Shown here: positions 11,973 through 27,224 of the stretch, piece by piece | Layout of the letters: every line of letters begins with the position of its first letter | Numbering within the stretch: the first letter of the stretch is position 1 | NCBI RefSeq assembly: GCF_036507355.1 | Contig: NZ_AP027877.1 | Reading direction: 5' to 3' (one strand) | Source of the DNA: Escherichia coli | Lineage (GTDB): Bacteria > Pseudomonadota > Gammaproteobacteria > Enterobacterales > Enterobacteriaceae | Length of the DNA stretch: 64,000 nucleotides | Notes under the pieces: model-generated | What the model was told of the DNA's origin: nothing | The model's database searches: none | Seen by the model: the letters and a program-made list of their open reading frames with translations, nothing else | Translations under genes and position numbers: made by a program

Positions 11973-12163
11973 AACGTTAGAGGGCAGTAGTCTGCCTGAT
12001 TAATTTTCTTTTAAATGATAGATATAGAGTACCACATCGCGGCTTTCTATGCGTTGTTCAATAAATTCGAACATAGGCTTCGATTTATTGCGCTATCTCT
12101 GTGGCAGGATTGTGAATAAAGTGTCAACAAGCAACGGGGCATCGCCCATTCAAACATCTATAA

Positions 12164-12778
<615 letters not shown>

Positions 12779-12831
12779 CCGGACACGGTCTTGATGTGGA
12801 CTGTAGATATTCAGTCCACATCTCAATCCAC

Positions 12832-15895
<3,064 letters not shown>

Positions 15896-15910
15896 TTTCT
15901 CTATTTTCCT

Positions 15911-16807
15911 TCAGTAACAGCAGTAGCGAATAAAATAAAAAAATACCGGATCGGTGAAAATTAATGAGTCAATCCTGTCAAGGAGTCCGCCATGTCCTGG
16001 TAATAGTTTTCCGCTATCTTTAACACCAATATCTCGTTTGATGGCTGACATCACTACATCGCCGCAAAAACCACTAATACCAATTAACAAACCCGCTAAT
16101 AATGCCTGTAATGTATTTAGCGGTGTCAGCAACGGTCCAATAATCAGTGACGCAATCATGGTGGTGATGACGCCCCCCACCAGACCTTCCAGCGTTTTTC
16201 CCGGGCTGACTTTGGGGACCACTTTTCTTCTGCCGCAGGATTTCCCCCATAAATACTGTGCAATATCGTTTGACTCTGTTAACGCCAAAAGAAATAACAC
16301 CAGTAACGCCCCGCCCTGGGTATTTATGGTTGGCAACATTAATAGCCAGGCGGTATGACTCAAGGCGAAAACGGTCATTATCCAGCCCCAAAAAATGGCG
16401 CTCACGATATGCAGAAAACCGGAGGGATCACCCACAAAAACTCGCCAGGTGGCTAATATCAGAAACCCAGTCAAAGGTATAAATAACAGAAACAGCTCAA
16501 AGCAATTAAAACCGATAAGCAAATAGTTAAGAGGAATAACCCAATATAACCAACGCGGAAAATGTACGGATATAAGCGTACAATATTCTTTCAATGCCAG
16601 AAAACTTATCAGCGCAAAAAACGTCAACGTCATCCAGCGTGGACCTGAAATCACCAGTGAAAAACAAATGACGATACCCCACCAGGTACGAATACGTAAT
16701 GTAACTTCATCCCCTTTTCTCTCCGGTAACCGCCATACCCGAAAACGGTTTATCAGCGTTGCTAAAATTAACAACGCGAAAAGTGTTGCCAGAGATTTTT
16801 CCAGCAT
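15911..16807 (-). CDS. ynbB: CDP-diglyceride synthetase (CdsA)-like integral membrane protein
   Basis: 298-aa multi-TM ORF; its start overlaps the ynbA stop at 16807. Confidence 0.7.
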   Translation of the reverse strand: MLEKSLATLFALLILATLINRFRVWRLPERKGDEVTLRIRTWWGIVICFSLVISGPRWMTLTFFALISFLALKEYCTLISVHFPRWLYWVIPLNYLLIGFNCFELFLLFIPLTGFLILATWRVFVGDPSGFLHIVSAIFWGWIMTVFALSHTAWLLMLPTINTQGGALLVLFLLALTESNDIAQYLWGKSCGRRKVVPKVSPGKTLEGLVGGVITTMIASLIIGPLLTPLNTLQALLAGLLIGISGFCGDVVMSAIKRDIGVKDSGKLLPGHGGLLDRIDSLIFTDPVFFYFIRYCCY

Positions 16808-17418
16808 TATCTTTCAGCACTCATCAGGAGCACACTCCGACAACGATTAATCGCAGTCCAGATAAGCAGAATTGAAGCAATGCCCCATAAAAGATTATTC
16901 CATTGCATCCACTGTGGATAAATGGCAACGGCCAGCCCCCACAACCCAAATATTAACGCACGATCGCTTTTGCCGAATGGACCGGCATAACTGCGAATAC
17001 CGTTAATCGTCTGCGCGAGTAAACCGCAAAACTCAGTCAATATGGTGCAAAATAACATGAGTATTACGAGTGATGCGTTACTTTCCGGTAAAAATAAAAA
17101 CGGTAAATAGAGCGCAATATCGGAAATAACATCGCCAGTTTCATTCAAAATCGCCCCCAGACGTGTTTGCTGATTGCACTCACGCGCCAACATGCCATCC
17201 AGCGCATTGAGTGCCATACGGATAAAAAGCACGATGGGCAATAGCAAAAAGAGGATGGGTTGTGCGACCAACATCAACAGCAATCCGTTAATAAGAGAAA
17301 GCGCCAGTGCAGCAAGAGTGATGTGATTCGCTGTAACATGGTGCTTATAAAGCCAAAACATCGTCGGCCTTAACAGCGACTGAAAGAGCGGTTTTATCTG
17401 GTAGAGCGTCATTATCAA
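16807..17418 (-). CDS. ynbA: CDP-alcohol phosphatidyltransferase family protein
   Basis: 203-aa membrane ORF with the CDP-alcohol transferase motif (…DGMLAR…G…GDVISD…). Confidence 0.75.
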   Translation of the reverse strand: MIMTLYQIKPLFQSLLRPTMFWLYKHHVTANHITLAALALSLINGLLLMLVAQPILFLLLPIVLFIRMALNALDGMLARECNQQTRLGAILNETGDVISDIALYLPFLFLPESNASLVILMLFCTILTEFCGLLAQTINGIRSYAGPFGKSDRALIFGLWGLAVAIYPQWMQWNNLLWGIASILLIWTAINRCRSVLLMSAER

Positions 17419-17581
17419 TCCTTGATAATTCGGTTTGCGCTATGGTGCATCAATTCCCCTGACGGAGATATCGCAACACGACGCTTCATTAAAAATTCAG
17501 AATATATCAAGGTATTGGGGACTCACTGTCAGGAATGATTATCCCAATAAATCAAGTGGTTAAAAATTATTACGCTGTTAT

Positions 17582-18478
17582 TCAATACAACTCATCAAGT
17601 TTTCTCATCGCTTGTTCCCGTATTGCGCGCGTCTTACCGTTAAGCGCCAGCTGGCGAACTAAATCCAGTTCAGGGTTAACAAGCTCTAACGCCAGCAAAG
17701 GATCACGTTTCAGCCTCGCCTTTAATACATCAACTGGAAAACGGGGATTATTCATCGCCACAATCCACCACTCGGGATCAATTTCTGCCGCCAGTACTGC
17801 AGGCGGTGTGTGGCGGTTGTTAAGTGCGCCGAACTTGAAAAATGTGAGATTGCTTTTCGCCAGTGTACTCCACCATATACGATCCGGTTGTTTTGCCAGT
17901 ACATCCAGTTGTGCTAACGCATCGGGGTCTAGTGCATAATAAACACGTAACGCTTCGTTAACCTGCGCACGGGAACTGTTTTCCTGCCTCAGAAAAAACT
18001 TCGCCCAAATATCATTGCGTGGCGTGTTTTGCTGTAATTCCTTGAGAACAACAGCGGGTAAATTATCCCAACTAATTAATGCACTCTCTAAAAAGTCCCA
18101 GTCGTCCGAACGTATCAGAGAGGTGGCATTTAATAGCATCTGGTCATCAACTTCACCGTAGCTGATAAGCTCAGACAAAATCATATCAGCGCTGGTTTCA
18201 TATGCATCTGAATCTGCTTTGGGATTATTTTTCCGATGCGATAAAGCACGTTGCCAAATTTTTTGTTTCATCGACGTGCTCAGATACTGATTTTTCGCCA
18301 GATTACTCCACCCCTCAGGATCGTTGAAACGTGTCAATAACCGTTGTAAAGCAGCGTCAGAGTGAATTATCTGCATATCCCGACAGCAAAAGTAGGCAGG
18401 GGATTTTTTCTCCATCCTTTTAACAAAATTAAACTGTAAGTTATCTGGCAACGCTAAAAATAACGCATCTATTAGATC
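17582..18478 (-). pseudogene. ydbD: 3' fragment of ydbD-like gene, truncated at its 5' side by IS1
   Basis: 289-aa C-terminal-type ORF (17582..18451) runs up to the IS1 end at 18479 with no credible upstream start; symbol from synteny next to ynbA, moderate certainty. Confidence 0.5.
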
Positions 18479-19246
18479 GGTAATGACTCCAACTTATTGA
18501 TAGTGTTTTATGTTCAGATAATGCCCGATGACTTTGTCATGCAGCTCCACCGATTTTGAGAACGACAGCGACTTCCGTCCCAGCCGTGCCAGGTGCTGCC
18601 TCAGATTCAGGTTATGCCGCTCAATTCGCTGCGTATATCGCTTGCTGATTACGTGCAGCTTTCCCTTCAGGCGGGATTCATACAGCGGCCAGCCATCCGT
18701 CATCCATATCACCACGTCAAAGGGTGACAGCAGGCTCATAAGATGCCCCAGCGTCGCCATCGTGCGTTCACCGAATACGTGCGCAACAACCGTCTTCCGG
18801 AGCCTGTCATACGCGTAAAACAGCCAGCGCTGGCGCGATTTAGCCCCGACATAGCCCCACTGTTCGTCCATTTCCGCGCAGACGATGACGTCACTGCCCG
18901 GCTGTATGCGCGAGGTTACCGACTGCGGCCTGAGTTTTTTAAGTGACGTAAAATCGTGTTGAGGCCAACGCCCATAATGCGGGCTGTTGCCCGGCATCCA
19001 ACGCCATTCATGGCCATATCAATGATTTTCTGGTGCGTACCGGGTTGAGAAGCGGTGTAAGTGAACTGCAGTTGCCATGTTTTACGGCAGTGAGAGCAGA
19101 GATAGCGCTGATGTCCGGCGGTGCTTTTGCCGTTACGCACCACCCCGTCAGTAGCTGAACAGGAGGGACAGCTGATAGAAACAGAAGCCACTGGAGCACC
19201 TCAAAAACACCATCATACACTAAATCAGTAAGTTGGCAGCATCACC
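18479..19246 (-). mobile_element. insAB: IS1 (768 bp), copy 1, minus orientation; insA 18916..19191, insB' 18494..18997
   Basis: Both terminal inverted repeats recognised (GGTGATGCTGCCAACTTACTGAT… and …AAGTTGGAGTCATTACC); InsA/InsB ORFs; flanking 9-mers differ (attagatcg vs cacgtcggt), so no target-site duplication. Confidence 0.9.
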
Positions 19247-21479
19247 CACGTCGGTATCAGCCGTTTTGTTTGTGTTGCTAAATGCAATCGAACGGCTACT
19301 GTCAAGGTTGTGAACGTCATAACGCAATGCGTTATTCCAGTTCATGCCGTTGTCGAAGGACATCTGATGTTTCAGGCCAAAGAACTGGCTATAACCACCT
19401 GTGACGCCATTATCACCCGCTTTCTGCGCACCATCACCATCGAGACGAGCGATACCGTATTCCAGGCTCATGCTCTGGCTTTCGCTCAGGTCAACGGTTT
19501 TACGCAGTGCCAGCATGTCATACTCGGTGTTATTTCCGAGTTCCTCACGCGGGTCACCTTTCGCCACCACGTTAAAGGCCAGGCCATTGCCCACCTTCGG
19601 CGCGGCATCCGCCAGCATGCTGAAGCGGTTGCTTAACATACGCGCTTCACGGAATACCGTGGTCGCCTGGCTACCGCTCACCTGCTTCAGGGCGCTATTC
19701 AGTTCAGCAGTGGTGCCCACGTTCAGGCTGGTATACAGCTCGTTATTGGTGTAACCCGCATCCAGTGCCTTCGCCACATCGTTCACCGAAGCATCGGTCG
19801 CCACATCGGTGTAGGCGTTTTTGCTCATGATGACGTCAACGTTGCCGCTGGCATCGGTGCTGCCTTTGGCGGTCCATACCACGGACGTTGAGGTGATGGC
19901 ATCGGCGTCGGTCAGGTTGATGCCTTCCACCACGTTGTCGAAACTGACCGTGGTGTCTGCCGTACCGGCGGCGAAACCGGTGTTGATCCCGACACCATTC
20001 ATGCTGGCGTTGTTGACCTTCAGTTTACCGGCGCTGCCGTCAACGTTGGTACCGACGATATAGCCGTTGAGGTTGTTACTGCTGCCATCGCTACTACCGC
20101 TATCAGTCGTTTCACTGAAAGGTGAAGTGGTGTAAGTGTTTGGCATGTCCGGCAACGTGTAGTCGGTGTAATGCACTTCGGTATTGTTACCGCTGTTGCC
20201 GTTCACCCCTTCCACATTCACGCTGTCGCCCTGCTTAATCAACCCCGAACCAGTCACGCCGTCGGCAATCACCACCGTACCGTTGTTAACGATATGACCT
20301 TCTGTGCCCAGTACGCTGAACGCAAACGAGTCGTTAGCAAAAATATTGATCGTGCCGTTGTTCTCAATTACCGCATCGGCGGTGGCATTGGCATCCAGTT
20401 GCATACCAGTCAATCCGGTATCGGTGGTGCCTTCGGTACCGAGATTGATAACACCGTTGTTAACCAGCTGTGCGTTTTTATCGCCTTCCATCGCCACGGC
20501 GTTGTTGCCGCTGATGTTCATTACACCATCGTTGAGAGCAACATAGTTGTTGTGGGTGAATTTAACCGCGCTGGCGTTGTCTTTATCGAAGTTAATTACC
20601 CCGCCATCCTGGTTCCACAAGAAGGCATCGCTTTCTGTCGCACCGGCAGTACTTACCGCCACGGTGACTTTCGCATCCACCACGCCCTTGTTAATAAACT
20701 GGCTGGCGCCATCGTCATAGTGAATAGCGCCCGCACCTAATGCGGCATCCAGCGTCATTTCACCGGTGTTATATAACGTGGCGTTAGCATTGCTGCCCTG
20801 GAAGCGAATGGCGTTTTTGCTGTTATCAAGGATGAGTTTGCCGCTGTTGTTGAACGTTGACTTATCGTCAATATCCAGCGTCCCGGCATTGTTGTTTTCA
20901 TCCTGATAACCCATTTTCCAGGTACCCGCGTTATTCACTACCGCAGAGTTATAGAGAATCGCGCCTTTACGCGCCTCGCCGCCTGCAAGGTTATTGAATA
21001 CCGCATCGCCCTGAGCGTTAACGCGCGCCGACGCAATACCGCTGTTATTCACCGTACCATCGTGAAGTTGTAAAGTTGACAGGGAACCGGTGTTATTAAT
21101 TACCGCGTTGCTGTTTTTCTCAATTTTTACGACGTCATTAAGCGTTCCGTTGTTATTGAAGGTCCCTCCTTCCAAAGTCACCGTGTTCAATACACCTTCA
21201 TTGGTTAACGCACCGCCTGCATTCACGACGATGGCTGAGCTAATGGTTCCGCTCGACTCGTTAACCAGCGCACCATTTTCGAGTATCCTGATCGTTCCAT
21301 TTTTAACAGCACCCGCACTGGTGACATCCCCGTTGATAATCGCACCAGACGATAATAATACGGTCTCACCCGCAGAACTTAATACATCGCCATCATCATA
21401 CAAATCGGCGATATAATTATCCGTCGGATTATATTCATCGGCCCCCTGGCAAACCCCAAAGGTACAAATGGTGCCATAG
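19247..21479 (-). pseudogene. ydbA: Internal fragment of autotransporter adhesin passenger domain (ydbA-like)
   Basis: Asn/Gly/Thr-rich beta-helix-type repeats (…NNGTLN…VNNSG…). The apparent start (TTG) and last 8 codons (GDAANLLI*) are encoded by IS1 ends, so this is not an intact gene. Confidence 0.7.
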
Positions 21480-22247
21480 GGTGATGCTGCCAACTTACTG
21501 ATTTAGTGTATGATGGTGTTTTTGAGGTGCTCCAGTGGCTTCTGTTTCTATCAGCTGTCCCTCCTGTTCAGCTACTGACGGGGTGGTGCGTAACGGCAAA
21601 AGCACCGCCGGACATCAGCGCTATCTCTGCTCTCACTGCCGTAAAACATGGCAACTGCAGTTCACTTACACCGCTTCTCAACCCGGTACGCACCAGAAAA
21701 TCATTGATATGGCCATGAATGGCGTTGGATGCCGGGCAACAGCCCGCATTATGGGCGTTGGCCTCAACACGATTTTACGTCACTTAAAAAACTCAGGCCG
21801 CAGTCGGTAACCTCGCGCATACAGCCGGGCAGTGACGTCATCGTCTGCGCGGAAATGGACGAACAGTGGGGCTATGTCGGGGCTAAATCGCGCCAGCGCT
21901 GGCTGTTTTACGCGTATGACAGGCTCCGGAAGACGGTTGTTGCGCACGTATTCGGTGAACGCACGATGGCGACGCTGGGGCGTCTTATGAGCCTGCTGTC
22001 ACCCTTTGACGTGGTGATATGGATGACGGATGGCTGGCCGCTGTATGAATCCCGCCTGAAGGGAAAGCTGCACGTAATCAGCAAGCGATATACGCAGCGA
22101 ATTGAGCGGCATAACCTGAATCTGAGGCAGCACCTGGCACGGCTGGGACGGAAGTCGCTGTCGTTCTCAAAATCGGTGGAGCTGCATGACAAAGTCATCG
22201 GGCATTATCTGAACATAAAACACTATCAATAAGTTGGAGTCATTACC
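21480..22247 (+). mobile_element. insAB: IS1 (768 bp), copy 2, plus orientation; insA 21535..21810, insB' 21729..22232
   Basis: Terminal IRs at both ends; flanking 9-mers differ (gtgccatag vs ctggactta); inverted relative to copy 1. Confidence 0.9.
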
Positions 22248-22357
22248 CTGGACTTACGTGTTTTTTCGGTTGAGTCGGGTATTGAAGTATCCGCAGCCCA
22301 TGTCTGGCTACTTAACGCCATGGCAACACAAACAGACAATAATTTTTTCCTTTGCAT
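22248..22357 (-). pseudogene. ydbA: 5' end of autotransporter gene (signal peptide) cut by IS1
   Basis: Minus-strand ATG at 22355-22357 gives MQRKKLLSVCVAMALSSQTWAADTSIPDSTEKT… (signal peptide) and runs into IS1 copy 2 after about 36 codons. Confidence 0.55.
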
Positions 22358-22764
22358 ATAAAATTCCTTAGATCTAGACCGTGCGTAACAAGCCATGCAG
22401 AATTTGAAGATAAATCGTAGTAAATATTCATAGTGAAATAAGCAATAAAGAAATGCTTATATAATTCACAAAATCAATATTAAAATCAGGCAAGTAAAAG
22501 CATACAAAAAAACAGTTGATGGAATTATATTCCACAAAAAACTCACTTCAATCTAAAAATTAACGACAAAAAACAAAAACACACTAATAATTCATTGACG
22601 CTGCATATATATTTTGTGATTACATATATATTGGTAATGATTTGTTATTTAAGGGAAGGATATATAAGGTTTTTGTAGAAATATCCACGGTAATTAAGCA
22701 TGCTAACGTCAGTTTAAATACTGTAAAAGATCATTAATAGATACATTTTGTAGCCAACTATAAT

Positions 22765-23091
22765 TTATTTGCGCAACCATTTACCATTAATTCCCTGAAC
22801 ATATTGCCCCGACTTCGCGCGAGCAACAAGCTTTTGTCCAGCCAGTTTGGCTATCTCTTTAGTGGATACATTATTTTGCTTTGCCAGTTGTTGGTAACTA
22901 TGGTTACGAGCTTCATTAATATCTTTTACTAATGCCTGTGTTTCGGCATCCGTTTGTAGCGCCACCAGGTAACCGTTAAGCGTTTCACCTACCCGCCCCT
23001 GACTTCTGGCTTCGTTCAGGGTTAAAGCCATTGCACTGTCGCTCATCAGGCCAATGGCCCATACAGCTATGAGTAATGTTCTTTTCATCAT
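22765..23091 (-). CDS. ydbL: DUF1318-family periplasmic protein
   Basis: Start chosen at the internal Met giving a 108-aa signal-peptide protein (MKRTLLIAVWAIGLMSDSAMA…); last gene of ydbH-ynbE-ydbL. Confidence 0.7.
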   Translation of the reverse strand: MMKRTLLIAVWAIGLMSDSAMALTLNEARSQGRVGETLNGYLVALQTDAETQALVKDINEARNHSYQQLAKQNNVSTKEIAKLAGQKLVARAKSGQYVQGINGKWLRK

Positions 23092-23095
23092 CACC

Positions 23096-23281
23096 TCAAA
23101 ATAGATCGCTACGGGTTTTGAGCAGGTCTTCAACGTCCTTATCCGCTTTAATGATGATTTCATGCTCAATTTTAACGTTCATATTAATGGTGATTGGCTC
23201 TTTCGGCGCAGCCACTTCAATGCGAGGCGTGCAACCAACCAACATAAAAGAGGACGCAAACGCGGCTATCACTATTTTCAT
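23096..23281 (-). CDS. ynbE: Small lipoprotein
   Basis: 61-aa ORF with lipobox (…FMLVGC…); overlaps the ydbH stop by 4 nt. Confidence 0.75.
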   Translation of the reverse strand: MKIVIAAFASSFMLVGCTPRIEVAAPKEPITINMNVKIEHEIIIKADKDVEDLLKTRSDLF

Positions 23282-25917
23282 TGTTTTTCCTCACACTCTT
23301 TTCCTGATGGGCAGCCAGTTTCCGGTAGCTGGGCATTCTGCTCCAGCCATACCTGGAGATTATCGCCAAAGCGTAAACTGCGCCATAACGTAAAAATATT
23401 CTCTTCATGGTGATAATTAAGGTTTACCGTACCGCTTTTACCATCGACGCGACTGGTGCCCGAAATGTTGGCCTGCATGGTTAACACACCGAGATTATCT
23501 AAATTAATCCTTGTTGATGAGCGACTGATTTCCATATAACGCAACCAGTTGATGGCAGTTCCAGCGGTCATATTGTCTTTGGCCACCGCATCTGCAGTGT
23601 CTTTATCCAGACGCAGCGTCATCGGCCCCGCGTTTGCCAACCAGCCATCTTTGACAATCCATTTTTCATTGTTCAGCCATAGTGGCAAGGCCCCACTGAA
23701 TGCCCCAGACATGGCGAATTGTTTCGGATTGACGGCGCTAACCAGTTCGCTGGATGAGAGATTATTCAGCCGCAACAGCGCCGGGTCATGTTGCGGCATA
23801 CGTAATTGTTTCATCAGCACGTTACCGCCTAACACATCGACGCTAACATCAGTCAACAGCAATGGTTCTTCTTCAGTCCACGGATAACGCCCTTGCAAAT
23901 CAGCCGTAATATTTTTCGCTGTCACCAGATTAATCACTTCGGCAATTCGCAACGTAACGGGGCCGCGAGTCCCAAGATGCCAGGCTCCATCGGCAAAACG
24001 GAAAGGCAGGACAAAATCGACACCGTTAACCTGATTATCTGGCATCCAGGCACTACCGCCTTTCAACACGCCGTGCCCTCCCGCGCGGAATCCTTGTTCA
24101 GGCGCAGCAGAAAATGCAACCTGAGCATACAGTTCACCATCGCGTAAGTTCATCTTCCAGTCGGGTGGCACCAGCGGCTGGAATACAGTCAGTGATTGTT
24201 TAGGCCACCAGGCGTTACCGCGCAGACGAATACCGTCCCAGCGACCATTTACCCGAACCGGGCCAATCTCACCAGCATGTAAATCGCCTTTAAAGAGGAA
24301 ATACGTCGGATCGCGCCCATCGACGCTAAATTTTAAGGTTGATGGCGGTAACACACTGCCGCCAGTGAACAGCGTTTGCCCGGCGTCCAGTGACAGCGCG
24401 CCGCTGAAGGAGGGATGCTGTGCGTCACGTACCCAGACGACGGGCTTGTCGAGAATTAATCGCGGCTTTTCTACCGTCATCGTACCGTATTGTAGCTGGT
24501 CGAAACCGGTGGAGAGATCGGTCAGCGTAATCGTGCTGTCATGCCACTCACCTTTTCCTGCGACATCCCAGGTGGCATTCATCGGTGTAAAACTCCCTTT
24601 TCCCCAGTAGCGCCACTGCCAGCGGCCAGCGTCAGGGAGAAAATCATTCGCCAGCCCATCCATATGCAGCACGAAATCGCCCAGTTCATTTTCATGCGCC
24701 TGCAAAATGGCCTGCAAACGTCCGTCAACACCACGTTGGGTGACTTTTACACCCGCTAAAGGCCAGCGGATTTCATCGATGTCCAGCGAATCGATGACTC
24801 TTCCCTTTGAACGAAGTAACGCGCCTGGCTCAAAGGTCAGCGTTGGGTCAGACAGACTTCCACTTACCTGCGCAGGTAAACGGGCATATAAAATGAGGTC
24901 CGCCTGTTTCGCTTCACCGGTCAGCTGCAGAGGCAGCTGGCTGTTATCCATGCTTAATTTTCCTGGGCCAAAATTAAGCACCGCGTTGCCCTTACCCGCT
25001 TGCCCCTGGGTCAGCACACTCAGTCGTCCGCTGACCAGAGCGTTCTCAAGCCCTGCCTGCCAGTTGTCGACTTTGACACCCAGTCGGCCACTCAAAGGAA
25101 AACCTGCATACGGCCAGCTCCAGCGACCATCGCTTACGGTCAATTGTTGACGCGTAATTTGCCACGGCAAATCGAGCAACGGATCGCCGTTATCCCGTGC
25201 CAGCACGATCAATTGCCCGCTATTTTCCTGCCAGTCCAGCTCTGCATCCACCAGTGACGGTTCCTGCGGCAAGTTTAACGTCGCAGTAGCATGCCCACTT
25301 ACAGGAAGTCCATCCGGCACGAGCGGCATAGTAAATTCCCCCACCAGTTTAACCGGCGGCTGATTTTCAAACGCGACGACATCCAGCTCGCTGACTGTAA
25401 GTTGTTGCCCTTTCAGCTGGCCTTGAAATTTAACTTTTTCGCCCTGATAACGCAGTTGCTGGATATCAGAGGTTAATGCGAGAGAGAGTTTTCCCTGCCA
25501 TTCCTGCCAGGGAGAAAAAATCAGTTTATCGATATTGATCCAGGTGTTAGGCAGCATGGACTGCCACTGCGCGAGGGTTTTTGGAGCAGCTGGCGATTGC
25601 TCCGTCTGCGGCAATTTCGCCAGACAAGCAGAATCAAGTTCTACCGTGCCGACGTTCAATAACCAGCGGCTGGGATGTGAAAGGCTGGCGTTGGTGATAT
25701 GCGCAAGCTGACAATCTCCCACCAGATAACGGAGATCGGGAATGATTAAACCTTTACGCGTAATGCGTGGGCTTTCATCTAATGCAATACGTGTCCCGAG
25801 CGGTAGCCAGATGCCCGCCAGCGTGGGAACCCACAGCCCGAGCGTCATCAGCAGCGTCAACGGCACAAGAATAATCAGTAATAACAGCGCGAGAACGGCT
25901 TTATATTTACCCAGCAT
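23278..25917 (-). CDS. ydbH: AsmA-like large envelope protein
   Basis: 879-aa ORF with N-terminal TM anchor; operon with ynbE and ydbL. Confidence 0.8.
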   Translation of the reverse strand: MLGKYKAVLALLLLIILVPLTLLMTLGLWVPTLAGIWLPLGTRIALDESPRITRKGLIIPDLRYLVGDCQLAHITNASLSHPSRWLLNVGTVELDSACLAKLPQTEQSPAAPKTLAQWQSMLPNTWINIDKLIFSPWQEWQGKLSLALTSDIQQLRYQGEKVKFQGQLKGQQLTVSELDVVAFENQPPVKLVGEFTMPLVPDGLPVSGHATATLNLPQEPSLVDAELDWQENSGQLIVLARDNGDPLLDLPWQITRQQLTVSDGRWSWPYAGFPLSGRLGVKVDNWQAGLENALVSGRLSVLTQGQAGKGNAVLNFGPGKLSMDNSQLPLQLTGEAKQADLILYARLPAQVSGSLSDPTLTFEPGALLRSKGRVIDSLDIDEIRWPLAGVKVTQRGVDGRLQAILQAHENELGDFVLHMDGLANDFLPDAGRWQWRYWGKGSFTPMNATWDVAGKGEWHDSTITLTDLSTGFDQLQYGTMTVEKPRLILDKPVVWVRDAQHPSFSGALSLDAGQTLFTGGSVLPPSTLKFSVDGRDPTYFLFKGDLHAGEIGPVRVNGRWDGIRLRGNAWWPKQSLTVFQPLVPPDWKMNLRDGELYAQVAFSAAPEQGFRAGGHGVLKGGSAWMPDNQVNGVDFVLPFRFADGAWHLGTRGPVTLRIAEVINLVTAKNITADLQGRYPWTEEEPLLLTDVSVDVLGGNVLMKQLRMPQHDPALLRLNNLSSSELVSAVNPKQFAMSGAFSGALPLWLNNEKWIVKDGWLANAGPMTLRLDKDTADAVAKDNMTAGTAINWLRYMEISRSSTRINLDNLGVLTMQANISGTSRVDGKSGTVNLNYHHEENIFTLWRSLRFGDNLQVWLEQNAQLPETGCPSGKECEEKQ

Positions 25918-26124
25918 GGGTAGTTAATATCCTGATTTAGCGAAAAATTAAGCATTCAATACGGGTATTGTGGCATGTTTAACCGTTCAGTTGAAGGTTG
26001 CGCCTACACTAAGCATAGTTGTTGATGAATTTTTCAATATCGCCATAGCTTTCAATTAAATTTGAAATTTTGTAAAATATTTTTAGTAGCTTAAATGTGA
26101 TTCAACATCACTGGAGAAAGTCTT

Positions 26125-27114
26125 ATGAAACTCGCCGTTTATAGCACAAAACAGTACGACAAGAAGTACCTGCAACAGGTGAACGAGTCCTTTGGCTTTG
26201 AGCTGGAATTTTTTGACTTTCTGCTGACGGAAAAAACCGCTAAAACTGCCAATGGCTGCGAAGCGGTATGTATTTTCGTAAACGATGACGGCAGCCGCCC
26301 GGTGCTGGAAGAGCTGAAAAAGCACGGCGTTAAATATATCGCCCTGCGCTGTGCCGGTTTCAATAACGTCGACCTTGACGCGGCAAAAGAACTGGGGCTG
26401 AAAGTAGTCCGTGTTCCAGCCTATGATCCAGAGGCCGTTGCTGAACACGCCATCGGTATGATGATGACGCTGAACCGCCGTATTCACCGCGCGTATCAGC
26501 GTACCCGTGACGCTAACTTCTCTCTGGAAGGTCTGACCGGCTTTACTATGTATGGCAAAACGGCAGGCGTTATCGGTACCGGTAAAATCGGTGTGGCGAT
26601 GCTGCGCATTCTGAAAGGTTTTGGTATGCGTCTGCTGGCGTTCGATCCGTATCCAAGTGCAGCGGCGCTGGAACTCGGTGTGGAGTATGTCGATCTGCCA
26701 ACCCTGTTCTCTGAATCTGACGTTATCTCTCTGCACTGCCCGCTGACACCGGAAAACTACCATCTGTTGAACGAAGCCGCCTTCGATCAGATGAAAAATG
26801 GCGTGATGATCGTCAATACCAGTCGCGGTGCATTGATTGATTCTCAGGCAGCAATTGAAGCGCTGAAAAATCAGAAAATTGGTTCGTTGGGTATGGACGT
26901 GTATGAGAACGAACGCGATCTATTCTTTGAAGATAAATCCAACGACGTGATCCAGGATGACGTATTCCGTCGCCTGTCTGCCTGCCACAACGTGCTGTTT
27001 ACCGGGCACCAGGCATTCCTGACAGCAGAAGCTCTGACCAGTATTTCTCAGACTACGCTGCAAAACTTAAGCAATCTGGAAAAAGGTGAAACCTGCCCGA
27101 ACGAACTGGTTTAA
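26125..27114 (+). CDS. ldhA: Fermentative D-lactate dehydrogenase (2-hydroxyacid dehydrogenase family)
   Basis: 329-aa ORF MKLAVYSTKQYDKKYLQQVNE… with NAD-binding GxGxxG (GVIGTGKIG). Confidence 0.9.
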   Translation: MKLAVYSTKQYDKKYLQQVNESFGFELEFFDFLLTEKTAKTANGCEAVCIFVNDDGSRPVLEELKKHGVKYIALRCAGFNNVDLDAAKELGLKVVRVPAYDPEAVAEHAIGMMMTLNRRIHRAYQRTRDANFSLEGLTGFTMYGKTAGVIGTGKIGVAMLRILKGFGMRLLAFDPYPSAAALELGVEYVDLPTLFSESDVISLHCPLTPENYHLLNEAAFDQMKNGVMIVNTSRGALIDSQAAIEALKNQKIGSLGMDVYENERDLFFEDKSNDVIQDDVFRRLSACHNVLFTGHQAFLTAEALTSISQTTLQNLSNLEKGETCPNELV

Positions 27115-27224
27115 TCTTGCCGCTCCCCTGCAATCCAGGGGAGCTGATTCAGATAATCCCCAATGACCTTTCATCCTCTATTCTTAAAATAGTCCTGAGT
27201 CAGAAACTGTAATTGAGAACCACA

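Noticed and set aside
19220-21493. 757-aa ORF that looks like an intact adhesin gene
   Set aside because: Its start codon (TTG) and last eight codons are IS1 terminal sequence; it is an internal gene fragment trapped between two IS1 copies.
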